A stretch of DNA of 64,000 nt, from NCBI GenBank assembly GCA_023399095.1, contig JAEWQS010000189.1:16243-80242 (forward strand), written 5' to 3'. Every line of letters starts with the position of its first letter. The first letter of the stretch is position 1. Below, piece after piece: positions 18,195-26,757 of this stretch. Both the position numbers and the translations under genes were made by a program. The notes under the pieces were generated by a model, which did no database searches, had not been told where the DNA came from, and was given only the letters and a program-made list of their open reading frames with translations. This stretch comes from Bacillota bacterium. Lineage in GTDB: Bacteria > Bacillota > Clostridia > Christensenellales > SZUA-584.

Positions 18195-19603
18195 GTTTAA
18201 CAGAGCAACAAGTTCGCCAGATCGTTGAAGATACAATGAAAAATATAGCAGGCGCTCCGGTAACGGCCGCGGCAGCAGGCGGGAGCTGGCTCTGCGACAC
18301 CATGGAAGAAGCGATCGCTTCAGCCAAAGCTGCTCAACAGCAGCTCATAGCGATGCCGCTCGATAAACGCGGCAAGCTGATAGACGCTATGCGCCGCGCA
18401 GCGATGGAAAACGTACAGTATCTGTCGGAGCTCGCGCATAACGAGACAGGTTACGGAAAAACGGAGCACAAGGTTTTAAAGAATAAACTGGCGATAGAAA
18501 AAACGCCGGGTATCGAAGACCTGACCGCGGACGCCATGTCGGGGGACTATGGACTCACGCTGGTTGAGCGCGCGCCTTTCGGAGTTATCGGCGCGATAAC
18601 GCCGTCTACCAACCCGACATCTACGGTAATAAATAATTCGATAAGCATGATAGCGGCGGGTAACGCCGTGGTGTATAACCCGCACCCGGCAGCCAAGAAA
18701 AGCTCTACTGAAACAATGCGGATACTTAATGAAGCAATCGTTTCGGCAGGCGGGCCTGCCACGCTTATATGTACCGTAAAACAGCCGACATTGGAAAGCG
18801 GCAAGGCGCTGATGGAGCATAAGGACATACCGTTGCTCGCCATAACGGGAGGCGAAGCCGTCGTGCATGTGGCAATGCACACTGGCAAAAAAGTCATAGC
18901 GGCAGGGCCGGGAAATCCGCCTGTCATTGTGGACGACACCGCAATAATAAAGCAGGCAGCAAAGGACATAGTGGACGGCGCAAGCTTTGACAACAACGTT
19001 CTATGCATAGCGGAAAAAGAGGTGTTCGTATTCGGAAGCGTGGCCGATATGCTCATGAACGAGATGCAAAAGCACGGCGCAATTAAAGTATCGGGCACGG
19101 AGATCGACAAAATAGTCAAAACCGTTTTTGTGCAGAAGGACGGCAAATATGTCGTTAACAGGAAATACGTTGGCAAGGATGCGACGAAGATACTTTCGGA
19201 CAGCGGCGTTTCCTACACCGGGAACCCGAGGCTCGTTTTTGCGGACGTAGATGAAAACCACCCGTTCGTAACGGTGGAGATGCTGATGCCGGTGCTCGGT
19301 ATCGTGCGCGTTCAAAACGACGAGATCGTCACCGCGATACAGATGGCCATAAAAGCGGAGAACGGCTGCAAGCACACGGCTATGATGCATTCTCAGAACG
19401 TCAGCCATCTTTCGATGGCGGCCAAAGCGATGAATACGACCATATTCGTTAAAAACGCGCCCTCTTACGCAGGGCTCGGTTTCGGCGGAGAAGGTTTCAC
19501 GACATTGACGATAGCGACTCCTACGGGAGAGGGACTGACGAGCGCCAGAACGTTTACGCGTGTGCGCAGATGCGTTCTGTACGGGAACTTCAGGATCGTA
19601 TAA
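18191..19603 (+). CDS. CoA-acylating aldehyde dehydrogenase (PduP/EutE type) with an N-terminal encapsulation peptide
   Basis: MSLTEQQVRQIVEDTMKNI plus an Ala/Gly linker. The catalytic Cys context is GASFDNNVLCIAEKE, and the C-terminus is PduP-like. The start overlaps the BMC-P stop. Confidence 0.9.
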   Translation: MSLTEQQVRQIVEDTMKNIAGAPVTAAAAGGSWLCDTMEEAIASAKAAQQQLIAMPLDKRGKLIDAMRRAAMENVQYLSELAHNETGYGKTEHKVLKNKLAIEKTPGIEDLTADAMSGDYGLTLVERAPFGVIGAITPSTNPTSTVINNSISMIAAGNAVVYNPHPAAKKSSTETMRILNEAIVSAGGPATLICTVKQPTLESGKALMEHKDIPLLAITGGEAVVHVAMHTGKKVIAAGPGNPPVIVDDTAIIKQAAKDIVDGASFDNNVLCIAEKEVFVFGSVADMLMNEMQKHGAIKVSGTEIDKIVKTVFVQKDGKYVVNRKYVGKDATKILSDSGVSYTGNPRLVFADVDENHPFVTVEMLMPVLGIVRVQNDEIVTAIQMAIKAENGCKHTAMMHSQNVSHLSMAAKAMNTTIFVKNAPSYAGLGFGGEGFTTLTIATPTGEGLTSARTFTRVRRCVLYGNFRIV

Positions 19604-20923
19604 ATGGATAAGCAGCAGATTTTAAACAAAATCAAAGAGGCGGGAGTGATAGGCGCTGGCGGCGCTGGTTTTCCCACACATATCAAACTGTCGTGCAGCG
19701 CCGACGTTGTTATAGCAAACGGCGCTGAGTGTGAACCGCTGCTGCGCACCGACCGGCTGCTCATGGAAACATACCCTGAGAAGGTCGTTGCGGGGATCAA
19801 GGCTGCTATGTACGTAACGGGCGCGAAGCGGGGCGTTATTGCGCTCAAGAAAAAGTATGTAAAAGCCGTAGAAGCAATGAGAGGCGCGCTGGATTCCAGT
19901 ATGGAACTGTATCTTATGGACAGTTTCTATCCGGCGGGTGATGAGCAGCAGATCGTGTATGAGGTGACGGGTAAGGTCGTTCCCACGGGAGGGCTTCCCA
20001 TAGATGTGGGGGCCATGGTACAGAATGTCGCCACGCTGATAGCCATCGCGGAAGCGCTGCAGGAAACGCCCGTTATAGAAAAGTACGTGACAGTCGCGGG
20101 CGAGGTATCAAACCCTATGGTGTACAAAGCGCCCATAGGAATGCCGCTTACGAAATTGATTGCGGCGGCGGGAGGCTCGAAAGACGATTCGGAATACAGC
20201 GTAATCATCGGCGGCCCTATGATGGGGCGCGTATCGGAGGATATTACAGCTGAAGTCGTGGAGAAAACGACAGGCGGCATAATCGTGATGCCAAAAGGCC
20301 ACACGCTGATACGCCAGAAGACCCGCGACCTTGTGCAGGATATAAGGCTCGCCAAATCGGTTTGCTGCCAGTGCAACTACTGCACACAACTCTGCCCGCG
20401 CAACGCTCTGGGGCTCAAGGTGGAGCCCCACAAGATAATGCGCGCACTTGCTCTTAACGCCGACAACTTCGGCGAGGTGAACGGCATATTCTCATGCAGC
20501 AACTGCGGCGTATGTACTCAGTACGCGTGCAACTTCCAGCTAGCACCCTCAAGACTTATGACCAGGGTCAAGCAGGAGCTCGCAAAAGCGGGAGTGAAGC
20601 CTGAGAAGAAAGTGGCGTTCAGCGTGGCGGATAACATGGAAAGCATAAAGGTGCCAGTGTCAAGGCTGATGATACGGCTTGGTATCGTACCATACGACAG
20701 GGATCTGCAATTAAAAGACGAAACGGTGGATACAGATTATGTCCGGCTGCCGCTGAAGATGCATATAGGAGCGCCTGCCGTCCCAATAGTAAAAACAGGC
20801 GATAAAGCCATTGCGGGGCAAATGATAGCCTCGGTGGACAACGGCGTGGGTGCAAACTTGCACGCAAGCATAACGGGAATTGCGATGGTAACGGACAAGT
20901 ATATTGAGATAAGGAAGCAGTAA
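19604..20923 (+). CDS. PduS/RnfC-like NAD(P)H-flavin Fe-S oxidoreductase
   Basis: GAGGAGFPTHIKL nucleotide/FMN region and two ferredoxin-type motifs (CCQCNYCTQLCP, CSNCGVCTQYAC). No rnfDGEAB neighbours. Confidence 0.8.
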   Translation: MDKQQILNKIKEAGVIGAGGAGFPTHIKLSCSADVVIANGAECEPLLRTDRLLMETYPEKVVAGIKAAMYVTGAKRGVIALKKKYVKAVEAMRGALDSSMELYLMDSFYPAGDEQQIVYEVTGKVVPTGGLPIDVGAMVQNVATLIAIAEALQETPVIEKYVTVAGEVSNPMVYKAPIGMPLTKLIAAAGGSKDDSEYSVIIGGPMMGRVSEDITAEVVEKTTGGIIVMPKGHTLIRQKTRDLVQDIRLAKSVCCQCNYCTQLCPRNALGLKVEPHKIMRALALNADNFGEVNGIFSCSNCGVCTQYACNFQLAPSRLMTRVKQELAKAGVKPEKKVAFSVADNMESIKVPVSRLMIRLGIVPYDRDLQLKDETVDTDYVRLPLKMHIGAPAVPIVKTGDKAIAGQMIASVDNGVGANLHASITGIAMVTDKYIEIRKQ

Positions 20924-20925
20924 AT

Positions 20926-21474
20926 ATGACACACGCAGTGGGAATGGTCGAAACAAACTGCATAGCAAAAGGCATTGAGGCCGCAGACGCGATGCTCAAG
21001 GCGGCTGATGTGACCCTTCTGTCGGCGCAGACAGCCTGCGCGGGCAAATACGTCGTAATCGTATCGGGCGACGTGGCGGCAGCAAAAGCCTCGGTGGAAG
21101 CGGGGGCGGCCGGAGCAGAGGAGACGCTCGTAGACAGCATGGTGATACCCAATATTGACGAGCAGGTCTTGAAAGCTGTATCGGCATGCGGCGAGCCTCA
21201 TAACTTTGAGGCGCTCGGGATTATCGAGACGTTCTCGCTCGTGTCGGCACTGCTGTGCGCGGACGTTGCGGTAAAGGCGGCGGACATTGAGCTGATAGAG
21301 GTAAGGCTGGGCAGAGGCCTGGGCGGCAAGTCGTTCCTGACGCTGACGGGAGACGTTGCGGCGGTGCGCCACGCGATAGAAGCGGCGAAATCGGACGAAG
21401 GGGTTAAGGGCATGATAACGCGCACTGTGGTTATACCCTCTCCGCATCCTGACCTTAAGAGGTCAGTCTATTAA
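20926..21474 (+). CDS. BMC-T tandem-domain shell protein, PduT-like
   Basis: Two Pfam00936-type repeats in 182 aa. Cys38 sits in the TACAGKY context, the same position as the PduT pore [4Fe-4S] ligand. Confidence 0.85.
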   Translation: MTHAVGMVETNCIAKGIEAADAMLKAADVTLLSAQTACAGKYVVIVSGDVAAAKASVEAGAAGAEETLVDSMVIPNIDEQVLKAVSACGEPHNFEALGIIETFSLVSALLCADVAVKAADIELIEVRLGRGLGGKSFLTLTGDVAAVRHAIEAAKSDEGVKGMITRTVVIPSPHPDLKRSVY

Positions 21475-21549
21475 GTGAGAAGATGGGCATAAGCTCTTCT
21501 GATAAAGCCTAAAAAAATATAGTTTTTATATGACAAAAGGAGCAAAGCA

Positions 21550-21855
21550 ATGGAAAAACAAGCATTGGGAATGGTAGAGACAAAAGGTCTTGTCGGCGCT
21601 ATAGAAGCGGCTGACGCGATGGTAAAAGCGGCTAACGTCACACTAATCGGTAAAGAGCAGATAGGATCGGGACTCGTGACCGTCATGGTAAGAGGCGATG
21701 TGGGTGCTGTCAAGGCGTCTGTTGATTCGGGCGCGGCAGCGGCAAAGCGCGTGGGCGAGCTTGTTTCGGTACACGTTATTCCGCGTCCGCACGACGATGT
21801 AGAAGGCATACTGCCTGCAGTGAAACCCGCAAAAGCGGCGGCGAAGAAGGAATAG
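21550..21855 (+). CDS. BMC-H shell protein, copy 2 (Lys/Ala-rich C-terminal tail)
   Basis: Almost identical in protein sequence to copy 1 over about 85 aa. Extra tail [12 protein letters not shown]. Confidence 0.95.
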   Translation: MEKQALGMVETKGLVGAIEAADAMVKAANVTLIGKEQIGSGLVTVMVRGDVGAVKASVDSGAAAAKRVGELVSVHVIPRPHDDVEGILPAVKPAKAAAKKE

Positions 21856-21856
21856 C

Positions 21857-22120
21857 ATGTACACCGGGAAGGTCATAGGCTCGGTCGTCAGCACGGCAAA
21901 GGACCCGAGCCTTAAAGGCGTCAAGCTGCTCGTGGTGCAAAAGTACGAAAACGGCAAACCTGCAGGGCTGATAGTGTCGGCGGACGGGACTCGTCAGGCG
22001 GGGCCGGGGGATTTTGTGTACCTGATTGGCAGCAAGGAAGCATGCCTGCCGTTTCCGGAATGCAGGTTGATACCTTTGGACTCATCGATCATAGGGTTTA
22101 TTGACCGTATCAACGAATAA
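21857..22120 (+). CDS. BMC-P vertex protein, copy 2
   Basis: [27 protein letters not shown]...GPGDFV is an EutN/CcmL-type fold signature. Confidence 0.85.
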   Translation: MYTGKVIGSVVSTAKDPSLKGVKLLVVQKYENGKPAGLIVSADGTRQAGPGDFVYLIGSKEACLPFPECRLIPLDSSIIGFIDRINE

Positions 22121-22140
22121 TCAAAAGGGGGATTTGTAAA

Positions 22141-22416
22141 ATGGAAAAACAAGCACTCGGAATGGTTGAGACAAAAGGGCTCGTGGGCGCGATTGAGGCG
22201 GCTGATGCGATGGTTAAAGCGGCGAATGTCACGCTCGTAGGCAAAGAGAAGATAGGCAGCGGACTCGTGACCGTGATGGTGCGCGGAGATGTTGGTGCTG
22301 TTAAAGCGGCGGTGGATTCAGGCGCGGCGGCTGCAAAGCGCGTTGGTGAGCTCGTATCGGTACATGTGATACCGCGTCCGCACGACGACGTCGAAGCCAT
22401 ACTGCCAGGAAAATAG
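22141..22416 (+). CDS. BMC-H shell protein, copy 3
   Basis: Same domain as copies 1 and 2. The DNA differs mostly at synonymous positions. Confidence 0.95.
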   Translation: MEKQALGMVETKGLVGAIEAADAMVKAANVTLVGKEKIGSGLVTVMVRGDVGAVKAAVDSGAAAAKRVGELVSVHVIPRPHDDVEAILPGK

Positions 22417-22417
22417 T

Positions 22418-22687
22418 ATGCTGCTTGCAAAGGTAGTCGGCAATGTGGTGTCGACGATAAAGCCCGAGTCGCATCACGGGCGCAAGCTCATGATGGTTGA
22501 ACTTATTGGGCTTGATAATAAACCATACGGCACGCGGCAGATAGTCATAGACGCTGCCAACGCCGGAATTGGCGATACCGTGCTTGTCAATGTGGACGGC
22601 GGCGCGTCGCTTATGATACTTGACGACAAGAAAGCTCTCGTCGATATGACGATATGCGGCGTTGTCGACCATTTTGACGTAGAATGA
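22418..22687 (+). CDS. BMC-P vertex protein, copy 3
   Basis: MLLAKVVGNVVSTIKPESHHGRKLMMV...ANAGIGDTVLV is EutN/CcmL-type. Confidence 0.85.
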   Translation: MLLAKVVGNVVSTIKPESHHGRKLMMVELIGLDNKPYGTRQIVIDAANAGIGDTVLVNVDGGASLMILDDKKALVDMTICGVVDHFDVE

Positions 22688-22703
22688 AAGGCGGGGGACT
22701 GCA

Positions 22704-23432
22704 TTGGATATACAGGATATCGTGGCAAAGGTCACGAAAGAAATATTAGCACGGATGGGAGAGAGCGTTCCCGTAGAATCGGGAACGGATATCGCTCATA
22801 CTATAGAACACAGCCTTTTAAACCCAGACATGACGAAGGATCAGATAATAAAGGGGTGCAAAGATGCAAAGGCATTTCGCATGGCCAATATATGCGTATC
22901 GCCCTATTATGTAGCGCTCGCCGCGGAGTATCTGCGCGGCAGCGGAGTTAAGGTTTGTGCTCCTGTGGCGTTTCCGCATGGCGCATCTTCTACGGCGGCA
23001 AAGATAGTAGAAGCAAGGGAAGCCATCAAAAACGGTGCGGAAGAGCTTGACGTTTCTATAAACATTCTCGCTATAAAGAGCGGAGAAATAAAGGACGCGC
23101 TCTATGACTTGTGCGAGGTAGTGAACGTAGCCAAGGGCAAAGCTCTCGTTAAAGCAATCTATGAGCAGGGACTTTACACCGACGATGAGAAGGTTGCTGC
23201 ACTTAATGTCGCCAAACAGTCGGGCGCTGATTTCATTAAGATATCGAACGCTCTTACAGGCAAGAAGGCGTTGGCTGAGGACGTACATTTCGTACGCAGC
23301 ATAGTGGGAAACACAATAGGCATAAAAATAGACGGCGGAATCGCCACCGCGGCGAAGGTTCGCGAGCTGATGGCGGCGGGCGCTCAGCGTTTTGGGTGCA
23401 GCAAGTCGGTCGAGATAGTACAGGGACAGTAA
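22704..23432 (+). CDS. Divergent DeoC/DERA-family aldolase paralog (DERA-2) with an encapsulation-peptide-like N-terminus
   Basis: TTG start behind aaaggcggggga. N-terminus MDIQDIVAKVTKEILARM plus linker. Both Lys contexts are kept (FIKIS, GIKIDGG), but KTSTGF becomes KISNAL and VKASGGVR becomes IKIDGGIA. Confidence 0.75.
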   Translation: MDIQDIVAKVTKEILARMGESVPVESGTDIAHTIEHSLLNPDMTKDQIIKGCKDAKAFRMANICVSPYYVALAAEYLRGSGVKVCAPVAFPHGASSTAAKIVEAREAIKNGAEELDVSINILAIKSGEIKDALYDLCEVVNVAKGKALVKAIYEQGLYTDDEKVAALNVAKQSGADFIKISNALTGKKALAEDVHFVRSIVGNTIGIKIDGGIATAAKVRELMAAGAQRFGCSKSVEIVQGQ

Positions 23433-23460
23433 GGATAAACAATCATATCATTTCAAATTA

Positions 23461-23495
23461 AAAATACACGGGTGCGAGATGCTTCCGTGTATTTT
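23461..23495. terminator. Bidirectional rho-independent terminator between the BMC operon and the convergent LacI gene
   Basis: Perfect 11-bp stem aaaatacacgg / ccgtgtatttt, with T-runs on both strands. Confidence 0.75.
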
Positions 23496-23533
23496 TCTAT
23501 TTTGGGTATTCGATTATCTGTGAAATAGTAAAG

Positions 23534-24601
23534 TTAAATACTATTCGCTGTGTTTGCTCTCGGGAGTGAGGCTACGCTTTTGCGTACCTTTATATCGGTT
23601 GAGATAGCGATGCGGAATACACCGCAGTGATCCGATGCGGGACCATGTGTCCCTTCCAGTATCCTTTGATGCAGCAGATCCATCGCCTTGCTGCCCATCA
23701 ATACTTTCATAACCTTGATCGTGGTCAGCGGTGGGCTGATCATCTCGCAGGCGGGCATGTCGTCAAACCCGATGATGGAGACATCATCCGGAATCTTGTA
23801 TTCAAAACGGTTAAAGGCGCGTATGGCACCGAAGGCAATCACATCCGAATCAGCAAAGAAGGCGGTCGGGAGATCTCGGTTATCTTTCAGCCAAAGGCAA
23901 ACATCATGATACGCCTTCTCGGAAGAGAAATCCACCGGCACGACTTGAAGCGTGGCTTCGGGATGATCCGCCATGGCGCGATGAACGCCTTCGCTCCGTT
24001 CGTCAAAGTTCAATATGCGCTGGATAGAGCTGAGATAGCCGATTTTGGTATGACCCTGGTTGATCATATACTCTATTGCTTTATATGCACCGCGTAGGTT
24101 ATCGGTAAACACACAGTCGATTTCAGAATGAAATGTTTTAGTGTCGACAATGACAATAGGAACTTCCGGATGCTGTCTGACAATGGGATGTTCCAATAAG
24201 CCGGATGATTCATCCAACTCTGTTCCGAGCAGAATAATGCCTGCTGTATTCTGAAAAATAGCATTGAGCTGATCTGTTTCGTCTTGGCTGCTATAAAAAT
24301 AGCTGAGTAAGACGTTATAGCCCAATTTTTTAGCTCTGGCTTCAATACCCTGCAGCACAATGGAGTGGAAAGAAATTTCGTTAACAACAAGCCCCTCGCC
24401 GACATAAATCACATAGCGTATATTGCGGGTAACCGAGGGCTGATTGTGTCGCTGGGGGACTGCATAATCATATTTTGCGGCTGTATTGATAATCAATTCG
24501 CGTGTGGCATCACCGACGCCAGGTTTGCCGTTAAGCGCAAGTGAAACGGCTGACGGTGAAACGTTCAGCATTTCAGCAATTTCTTTGGCAGTTATACTCA
24601 C
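23534..24601 (-). CDS. LacI/GalR-family transcriptional regulator
   Basis: GTG start behind aggagg. HTH is KEIAEMLNVSPSAVSLALNGKPGV, with IIGFDDM in the sugar-binding core. Confidence 0.85.
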   Translation of the reverse strand: MSITAKEIAEMLNVSPSAVSLALNGKPGVGDATRELIINTAAKYDYAVPQRHNQPSVTRNIRYVIYVGEGLVVNEISFHSIVLQGIEARAKKLGYNVLLSYFYSSQDETDQLNAIFQNTAGIILLGTELDESSGLLEHPIVRQHPEVPIVIVDTKTFHSEIDCVFTDNLRGAYKAIEYMINQGHTKIGYLSSIQRILNFDERSEGVHRAMADHPEATLQVVPVDFSSEKAYHDVCLWLKDNRDLPTAFFADSDVIAFGAIRAFNRFEYKIPDDVSIIGFDDMPACEMISPPLTTIKVMKVLMGSKAMDLLHQRILEGTHGPASDHCGVFRIAISTDIKVRKSVASLPRANTANSI

Positions 24602-24677
24602 TTGGTTGCCTCCTCGTATTATTGGCCTAAATCCAGTATAACAAAATATTATTATAAATCAATAAGGAATTTAGTTT

Positions 24678-24689
24678 TTTAGTACTAAA
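24678..24689. promoter_or_regulatory. Candidate LacI-family operator (perfect 12-bp palindrome tttagtactaaa inside a cluster of TTTAG/CTAAA repeats)
   Basis: Seen in the divergent region between the LacI gene and the ABC operon. Related half-sites aatttagt / actaaatt / aaatttagtaaatt recur between about 24669 and 24714. Confidence 0.3.
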
Positions 24690-24813
24690 TTATTTACACC
24701 AAATTTAGTAAATTGTTGAACAAAACACCGATATTTAGCAAGATATTTATAAAAGCATATAGTTTGCAGCAAATAAATGCGATTAATTCATTATTAAGGA
24801 GCTAAATATCCTA

Positions 24814-24842
24814 TTGACATTAACGAAATAATGGGCTAGAAT
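24814..24842 (+). promoter_or_regulatory. Candidate sigma-A promoter (ttgaca, 17 nt, tagaat)
   Basis: Near-consensus hexamers with 17-nt spacing. This implies a leader of about 375 nt before the ABC ATPase start at 25219. Confidence 0.45.
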
Positions 24843-25218
24843 TTAACTACAGATTGAGAGACTTGAGCTAAACAATTGAGTTTCTACAAGTAAACCATTA
24901 TATGTGCCTGATAAGGAGATAGAGGAGCGTGCAGACAGCGAGACGCAACCGGGATCCGAATCGACATGATTAGCATCACAGAATTTCGGTAAATAATAGA
25001 AGTGCAAACGCATGCATTGGAGCATGACGTTGGCAAAGGAAATTGACTTTCCGGGTGGTTACGGAAAGGCGGGGGATTCTTTTGGTTGTATAGATGTGCA
25101 AAACATCTAATGTGTATACGATTGGATGCTATGCCAATGAAGTTCAAAAGGATATCCTGCATTAAGTCATATAAGAACTGACAAGCTGCATGCGATTGCT
25201 ATACGGAAGGAGTGCGAT

Positions 25219-26757
25219 ATGGAAAAAGTTTTGGAAATCAAAGGAGTAAGCAAGAGCTTCGGCTCGAACCGCGTCTTAGACCAAGTGAGTATGGATGTCC
25301 GAAAGGGCGAGATTCACGCGTTGTGCGGGGAGAATGGTGCCGGTAAGTCCACGTTGATGAACATTGTGTCGGGGATACACCAGCGTGATGCGGGTGATAT
25401 CATTTTAGATGGTGAGGAAGTGCACTTTTGCAATACTCGGGAGTCGGTATCCAAGGGAATCGGCTTCGTACATCAGGAACTCGCTCTTTGTCAGGACTTA
25501 TCTGTTGCCGAGAATATGTGGATGTGGTCTATGCCCAATCGTCTGGGGTTTATTGACCATAAGGAATTGTACCGAAAGACAGACGATATCTTGAAAAACT
25601 TCAACGCGGATTTCAAGGCGACAGATAAAGTTGAAAACCTGAGCGTGGCACAACAACAAATTGCGGAGATAGCCAAAGCATTATCGCTCAACGCCAAGCT
25701 CATCATACTTGACGAGCCAACCTCTTCAATCACCGACAGCGAAGCTGAGAACCTGTTTCGCATGGTGCGCGACCTTCGGGACAACGGGATGGGAATTGTT
25801 TATATCTCCCACCGTATGAACGAAGTGTTCTCCCTGTGTGACCGAGTAACTGTTCTCCGGGACGGATGCATGATTAAAACGTTGAACATTGCAGAGACCA
25901 CGCAGGACGAGGTTATCACCAGCATGGTGGGCCGCGAAATAAGCGATTTTTATCCTCCGAAGACAGCAATCCCCAAAGAGGACCAAGTCGAGATGCTCAG
26001 GGCGGAGGATTTCAGTGGAATGTGCTTCCATGACATCAGCTTTACCCTTAAGAAGGGCAGGATACTTGGATTCTCAGGACTTATAGGCTCGGGACGCTCG
26101 GAGCTGATGCAGGCATTGTGCGGCATCGAGGGGTATCGCTCGGGCAAGCTTTATTACAAAGGCAAGGAAATCCGGCACAGACGTTACATAGATGCAATCA
26201 AAAACAAGATATGCTACCTCACGGAGGATCGAAAGAAGAACGGCATATTCTTGGAAATGAGTGTGAAACGAAACATTTCAGCGGCTACTTTGAAGGAGAT
26301 TTCGCGTGCAGGCTTTATAAATGATAAAGAAGAAACTAAGCTGGCAGATAATGAAATCAAGCGCATGAATGTCAAAACCCAAAGCCGTGAATTGTTGCTG
26401 CGGTCTCTGTCGGGCGGCAACCAGCAAAAAGCAATGATTGGAAAATGGATGGCTGTCGATCCGGAAGTTATTATCATGGATGAGCCTACTCGAGGTATCG
26501 ATGTAGGAGCCAAAAGCGAAATCCATTTCATGCTTCGCAAATTGTGTAACGAGGGCATGGGTGTGATTGTGATTTCCTCCGAAATGCCGGAGATCATCGG
26601 CCTTTGTGACGACATCGTCGTGATGCATGAGGGAAAATGCATGGGTATGATTGTTGACGACGAAATCACAGAGAACAATCTCATTCTGATGGCAACAGGT
26701 AAAAAATTTGAAAATAGTGATAAAAACTCAGATATAGGAGGAGAGAACGTTGGTTAA
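25219..26757 (+). CDS. Sugar ABC transporter ATP-binding protein (two fused ABC domains, RbsA/MglA type)
   Basis: Walker A GENGAGKST, signature LSVAQQQ and LSGGNQQK, Walker B IILDEPT / IIMDEPT. Confidence 0.9.
   Translation: MEKVLEIKGVSKSFGSNRVLDQVSMDVRKGEIHALCGENGAGKSTLMNIVSGIHQRDAGDIILDGEEVHFCNTRESVSKGIGFVHQELALCQDLSVAENMWMWSMPNRLGFIDHKELYRKTDDILKNFNADFKATDKVENLSVAQQQIAEIAKALSLNAKLIILDEPTSSITDSEAENLFRMVRDLRDNGMGIVYISHRMNEVFSLCDRVTVLRDGCMIKTLNIAETTQDEVITSMVGREISDFYPPKTAIPKEDQVEMLRAEDFSGMCFHDISFTLKKGRILGFSGLIGSGRSELMQALCGIEGYRSGKLYYKGKEIRHRRYIDAIKNKICYLTEDRKKNGIFLEMSVKRNISAATLKEISRAGFINDKEETKLADNEIKRMNVKTQSRELLLRSLSGGNQQKAMIGKWMAVDPEVIIMDEPTRGIDVGAKSEIHFMLRKLCNEGMGVIVISSEMPEIIGLCDDIVVMHEGKCMGMIVDDEITENNLILMATGKKFENSDKNSDIGGENVG

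Noticed and set aside
19604-20923. Interpretation as RnfC of an Rnf ion-pumping complex
   Set aside because: No rnfD/G/E/A/B genes are adjacent. The gene is embedded between an acylating AldDH and a PduT-like shell gene, which is the PduS context.
12228-23432. Search for a B12-dependent diol or ethanolamine lyase, a glycyl-radical enzyme or activase, or RuBisCO/carbonic anhydrase that would make this a Pdu, Eut, GRM or carboxysome locus
   Set aside because: None of the ORFs in or next to the operon shows those signatures. Only DeoC-family aldolases qualify as aldehyde-generating signature enzymes.
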